Both the position numbers and the translations under genes were made by a program. Below, piece by piece: positions 57,100 through 64,000 of a stretch of 64,000 nt of DNA (the first letter of the stretch is position 1; every line of letters begins with the position of its first letter). The stretch is taken from assembly GCA_951406725.2 (NCBI GenBank), contig OX597820.1, positions 558,001 through 622,000 of the forward strand, given 5' to 3'. The notes beneath the pieces are model-generated. The model ran no database searches, had not been told where the DNA came from, and worked only from the letters and a program-made list of their open reading frames with translations. Origin of the DNA: Octopus vulgaris. Its lineage: Eukaryota.

Positions 57100-57853
57100 A
57101 AAAAGATTGTTGCTCAGCAGCTGCTCTTTCGACAACATCATGTTGGCTGTTTGTGGCGCGCACAACATCTGCGTACCTCCGCTTTGGGGCAGGTGGTGCG
57201 TAGTCCATCCCTTTTCTTTGTGTTGATGGTTTGTCCATCTGCCTCGTGTCTCTGTGGCAGGGTCCCCGATGTGCAAAGCGGCAGCCTGCACCTTCCTTTC
57301 CGTGCCAGCAGGAACCTCTCAGGTAGAACATACACACCCGTGTGCGCTGTTTGGTTCCATCCTTTGCGGTTCCACTTCTACTCCTGGTTGTTTCTCTCTT
57401 TGGTCCTGCTTGAGCTTTTTCTTTTCCTTTAGCTCTTCCAGTCCTTCTTTTAGTTCTTCTTCCTCCCTCTACCTCTTCACCGGGTTCTCCGTCTCTATGG
57501 CCCTTGCTGCCGGTTGGAGAACTTGCACCTGGGTTCACTTCCCGGGCAGGTTTCTCATTCAAAACCTCCTCCTGGGCGTCCACCAGGTGGGGGTGACTTC
57601 TTTCATCGTCTCCATTCTTGCCATCTTTGCTCCGCTCGTTCTCAAAGATGGCATCAAGTGCGCCAATGTGCGACCGTACAAGCGCATATGAGCGCACGAA
57701 TTCCTGTCTCTTTCGCTCCATCTGAGCCGCTGTCCTCTTGTAGCCTCTGCTCTTCAGCGCAGCCGCAATCACCTCGCTAGGGCTATCTCCGCCGGCGCAC
57801 TCCCATGCTCGTACAAATAAATCCAGCTCGTCACGTCTCCATGCTCTGGACAT
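57068..57853 (-). CDS. LINE ORF1: Myb/SANT(trihelix)-like N-terminus, charged linker and CCCH zinc finger
   Basis: WRRDELDLFVRAW..IAAALKSRGYKRTAAQMERK; C-x7-C-x8-C-x3-H finger CMFYLRGSCWHGKEGAGCRFAH. The C-terminus is probably shifted by a 1-bp deletion at ~57100. Confidence 0.75.
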   Translation of the reverse strand: MSRAWRRDELDLFVRAWECAGGDSPSEVIAAALKSRGYKRTAAQMERKRQEFVRSYALVRSHIGALDAIFENERSKDGKNGDDERSHPHLVDAQEEVLNEKPAREVNPGASSPTGSKGHRDGEPGEEVEGGRRTKRRTGRAKGKEKAQAGPKRETTRSRSGTAKDGTKQRTRVCMFYLRGSCWHGKEGAGCRFAHRGPCHRDTRQMDKPSTQRKGMDYAPPAPKRRYADVVRATNSQHDVVERAAAEQQSFCAWHKRLYSS

Positions 57854-57953
57854 NNNNNNNNNNNNNNNNNNNNNNNNNNNNNNNNNNNNNNNNNNNNNNN
57901 NNNNNNNNNNNNNNNNNNNNNNNNNNNNNNNNNNNNNNNNNNNNNNNNNNNNN
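57854..57953. other. Assembly gap (100 N)
   Basis: Run of N. Confidence 1.
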
Positions 57954-58072
57954 TGTATACTTCTATCTATCTATCCAGCTAGCTAGCTACATACATACAT
58001 ACATACATACATACATACATACATACATACATACATACCGACATACATGTATGTATTTATTCTTTATTTCAG

Positions 58073-58227
58073 CTCAAACAGAAATAAAATATTTGCTATT
58101 TACTGTACAGTATTTAGCGAAATGACTGAAAGTCAACTGCGGCGCAATATCTCCCAAGTTTTGAACAAATCCCAGGAATTGCTTAACTTAGGAGTTAAGA
58201 AAACCCACATGAAATTCATTGATGAAA
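58073..58227 (+). pseudogene. Probable exon, possibly frameshifted
   Basis: Acceptor tctttatttcag| and donor |gtaagt; reads MTESQLRRNISQVLNKSQELLNLGVKKTHMKFIDE. Confidence 0.45.
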
Positions 58228-59083
58228 GTAAGTATCGTGTTTCTTATTAATTTAATCATCATTACCGTCATAATTAGCTTCATCAATCACCAACCTCTTA
58301 GTCGTTGTCGTCATCATCAACCACAGTAGATGATACCAAGCACACAGACTCTCTCCCTCTCTCTCTCACACACAACTATTTATTTACATTTTCTCAACGC
58401 TTGGATAATTTTAAAAAAAAGCATTTTATTTTGCGCTTTTCGTTTCTTGTCCCTACTGAACTGTTTGTCTTTGCTCAGTTTCTTTTTAATTATAGCAATT
58501 AACCAAGGGCAAAAAAGTTGTCTTCTAATTTTGTATAGAAGTAGAAGATGCAGACTCTACTGGGCAGAATAATTCACACAATTCCAGTATTTGCTTTAAT
58601 TCAAACAGGAAAATTATTTAATGTTGCAAATAATTTTCCTCAGCGAAAATTCATTTTGTTCGAAGTGATCATATTAATTTTTGAATTAGGCTCGATAGAT
58701 ACACACACAGCTCATACGCTTTAAACAATGTCTAAGAGATATAAGAGAGGAACAAATCATATCCCATTGCCGAAAAATGATATATTTTCACTTCGTTTCC
58801 ATTCATTTCATTTTACCATCACCAAATCAATATAACATCTACCTATTTCTAGCGTACGTTAGGTTTTGCGCTTCCGGTCAGTATGTCTAAAGAGTGATCA
58901 ATATATTGACGAAATTCAACACTAGAGGCCGCGAAACAGACTAGCATTCTGAGTAGTCATAACCCGTAACCAGTTATATATTGCTCGAGAAAATATAAAA
59001 CATATATGTATACATATGCACGCACCTCTATTTCTATTTTATTTATTATTTTTTTAGAATATATAAGTAAATATATATATATA

Positions 59084-59182
<99 letters not shown>

Positions 59183-60084
59183 TTAATCTACAGGATATCA
59201 AGTCGTTATGCAGTTTCAAACGGCTAAATTTAAATGAACAATACAAACATTACATCAATTTAAATGCAATGCCATCTTCAGCAGCATAAATAAAGAAATA
59301 GAATTTTAATAAGTAGGACACTTTAATGTAATTTTTCTCAAATATATTAACAGAGCAAGAAGATGGAGAAAATAATATTGTCGTCATTTTAGTTAAGAAT
59401 AGACTACACTTCCAAGAATTGCATGGAGCCTGGTTGGGGTGGGGGTCCTTGTGTTGTAAGGGATTGTAATTCATTTCTAAATCATTTATCTCTTTATAAA
59501 TTACTAAATGAAAAACTAGAAATCTGTCTATTTTGAATATTTATATATGCTCTCCGTATATGTTTGCAACACTTCATGTATCATTGTCCTCAAATCAGCC
59601 AGCAGGTGGTCCAAACAATTTATTTCCAACATTAACTACTACTGCTGTTGCTGCTGCTTCTGCTGCTACTACTAATGGCTTCTCTTATATCCATGTTTTG
59701 GTTCTTTTTCAGTGGTTTGTGATGAAAGCACAACATCAACTAACAATCGAGCTTTCTCTTGGCCAATGACAAAAATAGGAACTACTGCGGAGATCCCATG
59801 TAATGGAAATGTAGCCACCAGGCATTGGTTCGTTTGTATTGATTTATTTCTACTGAAAGTTTGAAGTTTTCAGCGCCATCCTATTGTGAGAGAATGTTAC
59901 TTGGTAGAGCAGATAACAGCTTTATAGATTAACAAGATAGAATTAAACGTCTATCGGTTGCAATCTCTTGTCCCAGCATTTTTACACTTTATACATTATT
60001 TGATATAATTTAGCCTTGTCCTAACTATCTAGGTTTGCTTTGTCGCCAATATTATACAAAGCTTTCATTTCATTCGTTTTTTAT

Positions 60085-60442
60085 GTTCTGAGTTCAAATT
60101 CCGCTAAGGTCGACTTTGCCTTTAATTTTTTCGGTTCGATGAAATAAATACCAATTAAGCACTGGGGTTGGTGTAAATGAATTATCCCTTCCCCTGAAAT
60201 TGCTGGCCTTGTGCCAAAATTTGAAACCAATATTAGACAAAGCTTTATGGTGCTGAGCTGGCAGAATCGTTATGGCGCCGGACAAAATGCTTAGCAGCAT
60301 TTCTTCTGACTTTACATTCTGAGATCAAATGCCACCAGGGTCGACTTTGTCTTTTACCCTTACGGGATCGATAAAATAAGTACCACTGGGGTCTATGTAA
60401 TCGAACTACCCCTGCCCAAAATAGCTGCCAAAATTTGAAATC
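60085..60442 (+). mobile_element. Two tandem SINEs (Nin/Deu-like family)
   Basis: gttctgagttcaaattccgc..ggtcgactttgcc..taccaattaagcactggggt pattern occurs twice. Confidence 0.75.
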
Positions 60443-61233
60443 AGCATTATTCAAAGATTTAAAGATTCTTGTAAGTTCCAGAATTTCACAAAATAATTGT
60501 AGCAAAGAAAGCACATACCTAGATACAGCCAATAGAATCTATCAGTGATTCTGTTGGATTCAGGCTAATACTATTTATTCAATTTTATGATTACATTAGA
60601 GCTATATATCTTGCTAGTACATGATGGTCATCCTGGGATTTCACTCATCACAGACTATGTAACACGGTCTCTCTTCTCTCATTTCTACCACGTCATTCCA
60701 CAGGTTAAGCATCTAAATTGTTCCTCCCAGAGGCTGAGCTTTATTAGTCTTAAGACAAGACCAACTAGTGGAATCACTCAAATCTGTGCATATGTATGAA
60801 AATATACATAAATCCATTGCTGCCGCTGTTGCTACTGATGTCTATGGTGGCGAAATATTAGCAACTAATTCCCCCATTCAACTTGAACTAACAACTTGGC
60901 TCCTTAATTCTGCATCACCTACACCGTTCCAACTAATCTTGTATTGAATAATCATAAAAACAACAAATTATTGTAAATAAAAACAGATGCAGGAATATTG
61001 TTTTTATATCTGAACTCTAGTTAGAAAATATTTGACATTAGTTTTGAGGATAGGGGTCAGGAGTAAATAATAGATTTCTCCCCCAAATGCAAGACACCAT
61101 TTATCCTTCTTTCACTAAATTATGAGTTCAAATCACGACCAGTTCGAAGGTTTCACATATTCCTCTGAGACTGATGAAATTCTCCTCAGAATGAATAAAC
61201 TCGACTGACAATATTTAACATTTATTTTTTCAG

Positions 61234-61376
61234 TTCTTCCAGAACGATGGGGCATCCAGAAATGGCATCAAGTCAAAACCTGTCATCACAAAAGTATTCA
61301 CCGTTTACTGGTATCTGGCAAGAACCAGACATGTCTCAATGTTACAATGCAGAACAGAGCAAAGGCATTGATGATG
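61234..61376 (+). pseudogene. Probable decayed exon with a hormone-receptor (HRM)-like motif of adhesion GPCRs
   Basis: Acceptor ttattttttcag| and donor |gtgagc; one frame gives TGIWQEPDMSQCYN (G-x-W-x-x-P-D-x-S-x-C). Confidence 0.45.
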
Positions 61377-62035
61377 GTGAGCGAGCAAATGTTTTTAAAT
61401 GACTTTTACAGTAGTAGAAGTCGCAGGATGAGAAGAAGTAATTTTTGTGAATGACTTTCTGTCTGTTTAAATACGACCACTCTGGTAGGGGTGGGGGTGG
61501 TGAGTGTGTATGTGTATGTCTTTCTATGTCTGTTCTATTATGACTGTTCTGTGTGTGTGTGTGTTTGTAATTACAATGATTTATCAAAAGGTAATGCAAC
61601 CTATTCTCCCGTTTGAGTCCTCCGGGAATGTGTCCATCTCGTTCAACGGCAAATCATTTGACTCATTTATGGAAACGTTATTAAAGAATTTATTACTTTG
61701 GAGGGTTGAGCTCATTATTGTAATATCGTTAAAAGCACGTTTTCGTAAACATTCTGCAGACAGGCTGAGTAGATAGAGAAGCAGAAAAACAACGGGGATA
61801 TTACTGGTACATACCTCTTTGCATACATTACGTTGGAGCGGTGGTTGTAGAATCTTCAAATATTCAATGACATACCCTACATATCTGTTTGTCATAGAAT
61901 ATAAGCAATTTACTTCACTCAAATGTTATTATGGCACTGTCAAATTGAATAGATTTTCATATGCATTTAGTGATGTGATGATTTCAATTTCTCATTAGAC
62001 CATTATGAAAACTTATCACTATTAATCCTTAAATT

Positions 62036-62245
62036 AGGCGATAAGCTGGCAGAATCGTTAGCAGAGCGGGAGAAATGCTTTGCAGTACTTCGTCTGTCTT
62101 TACGTTCTGAGTTCAAATTCCGCCGAGATTGACTTTGCTTTTCATCATTTCTGTATCGATAAAATAAGCGCAAGTTGAGCTCTGGGTCAATGCAATCAAC
62201 TTAACCCCTACACCGAATCGGCTGGTCACGTACCAATGTCTGAAA
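62036..62245 (+). mobile_element. SINE (Nin/Deu-like family)
   Basis: ggcgataagctggcagaatcgttagc..gagttcaaattccgcc. Confidence 0.75.
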
Positions 62246-62384
62246 TATGTATTATTCCGTTTATTACGTCCTTTTATTTACACGATTTTTTCATTTCATA
62301 TTCATTTCATTCATCGCTTACAATGCTCTCCCCCCCCCACAAACATACACACTCTCTCTCTCTAACACACACACACACACACAG

Positions 62385-63200
62385 ATGGAATCAAACACCA
62401 CGACATGAAGGAAAAGAGAAAAAGAGAGCACTTTTGGCGAGTGAGCAAAATATTGGTTTGAAAGCTGGAAAACTGAAGTGGACAGAGAAGCTAAAGGAGA
62501 TGGACAGGAAGTCAAGAAAGGTCCTAATAATGTATGGAGCCCATCATCCACGTGCAGACCTCGATCGCCGATACACGAAGAGAGCGAATGGAAGAAAAGA
62601 ACTGATAAGTGTGGGAAACTGCGTGCGTTTCGAACTCGAAGGCTTAATGAGATACCGAACCCAAAGAAAGGAAACCTTGTTAGTGACAGTTAGGAATGAG
62701 GGAGTATTGAAAGCAGGAAAAACGAAGGAAGAAACACAAAAAGAAATGAAGAAGAATAGCGCAAGAAGGGAGAACACAATGAATTTCCATATAACAAAAA
62801 ATAGGTGGGATTGGCTGATGAAAGGAATTCTAAAGAAAGAGACTGAGAACACTATATTGGCAGCGCAAGAGTAAGCTTTGGCCACAAACTGGAGGGTCGA
62901 CATTAGAATGAGCAAGTGTCCAGGAACTCCCACAATGCAAGCATCAAGGAACTCCTACAAAACCTCTGATAAAGAGAAATAATAATCAAAATAAAGAAAT
63001 TTGACAAAAACTAATAAGTTGCTGAAAATATGTGGAGCTCAACATCCGAAAGCAGATATCAACCGACTGTAATTAAGGAAAGATCAGACTGGGAGATGCT
63101 CAATAGCAGTAGAAGAATGTATAGAGATAGAAAAAAAAGCTTAGCCGAGTATTTACAATGTGGCACAGAAAACTACTAAAGACTGAATAAAAAGGCAGGT
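62385..63200 (+). mobile_element. R4/Dong-type LINE remnants (two fragments of the same RT-thumb region)
   Basis: LKEMDRKSRKVLIMYGAHHPRADLDR, WDWLMKGILKKETENTILAAQE*AL and a second HPKADINRL at ~63045; similar to 4500-4930. Confidence 0.7.
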
Positions 63201-63309
63201 AAAAGCAGACTTCTCTTGCTATAATTCTAATGAAAAGGCCTGCAAGTGTGAAAAGTGCAGAAACTGTGTCCAAAAAGCCTAAATTAAGCGACGCGAGAGA
63301 GAAAAGGCC

Positions 63310-63590
63310 CCAGTACTTATTCTTTGTAAGCCTAGTATTTATTCTATCGGTCTCTTTTGCCGAACCGCTAAGTTACAGGGTCGTAAACACACCAGCATCG
63401 GTTGTCAAGCGATGTTGGAGGGGGGGACAAAAACAGACACAAACATATACACACATACACACACATAGATATATATACATATACATATATACGACAGGTT
63501 TCTTTCAGTTTCCGTCTACCAAATCCACTCACAAGGTTTTGGTCGGTCCGAGGCTATAGTAGAAGACACTTGCCCAAGGTACCACCCAGG
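63310..63590 (-). mobile_element. SINE internal fragment
   Basis: Matches 28645-28905. Confidence 0.8.
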
Positions 63591-63879
63591 TTCTTCCTGA
63601 AATTTCAATTGAAAGCGATTCTCCTTCCAAACGCTAATATCCCTCTACCTTGCACACATTGTATCCCTCGTACACAGGGTAATCAAATTAATAAAAACCG
63701 CTTTAGATATTTCTTTTGCGTTCTATTTTACTGTGCTTTTATTATTGTCATTTTCCTTGTAACTGTAGGCTTTTTGTTTCGAAACCCATAAAAATGGCCA
63801 TTGGATGGTTTTGTGTTGCTGGAAAGGAACACTCATATTCTAATACATATGTATGCAAGTGTGGGCATGGTTGCATGTA

Positions 63880-63950
<71 letters not shown>

Positions 63951-64000
63951 TTATATATAGAGGGCATTATATATACATGCCAGAAGGCATTATACATACA

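Larger units (their letters stand above)
53902..57853 (-). mobile_element. LINE copy 4, the most complete (ORF1 plus intact ORF2); 5' end lost in the assembly gap
   Basis: ORF1 57068-57853, ORF2 stop at 53995, (AATC)n tail into (TA)n. Confidence 0.95.

Noticed and set aside
58880-58925. CTAAAGA..tcaat/attga..GAAATTC
   Set aside because: The essential G5 is missing and stem I is poor.
61165-61205. CTGATGA-attct/agaat-GAAT
   Set aside because: Better explained as a decayed SINE core; no GAAA and no stem I.
61584-61922. Minus-strand 112-aa ORF with possible splice signals
   Set aside because: No recognisable motif, and frames are inconsistent across the putative short intron.

Overview
Eukaryotic, AT-rich, repeat-saturated DNA. 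It is probably cephalopod (Octopus-like), an inference from the tRNA-derived SINE families and very long (TA)n/(CA)n arrays. No intact host gene is evident: only a 58-codon histone H2A fragment and two probably decayed adhesion-GPCR-like exons. Most of the long 'YIYI' ORFs are microsatellite artefacts. Mobile elements: four same-strand APE-RT LINE copies (CR1/L2/Jockey group), each ending in a (TA)n array (38.7-57.9 kb); a near full-length Penelope-like element (RT plus GIY-YIG, 30.2-34.4 kb) and a second GIY-YIG remnant; R4/Dong-type RLE LINE remnants; an older CR1-like RT fragment; mariner/Tc1 derivatives; hAT-type MITEs; a Helitron-like element; and many SINEs. Highlights: (1) about 12 type I hammerhead-ribozyme motifs from several unrelated families, mostly in short non-coding elements beside (TA)n, occurring as solo pLTRs, fold-back cassettes, a direct-repeat (retrozyme-like) cassette and a 1.6-kb palindrome; (2) a (TA)n-associated LINE whose ORF1 has a Myb/SANT-like domain plus a CCCH finger, with a candidate U_UUU_UUG -1 frameshift into ORF2; (3) a head-to-head SINE/histone H2A chimera inside (TA)n; (4) two MITEs at the same site of SINE heads in opposite relative orientations. 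All motifs and helices were read by eye, so element boundaries are approximate.
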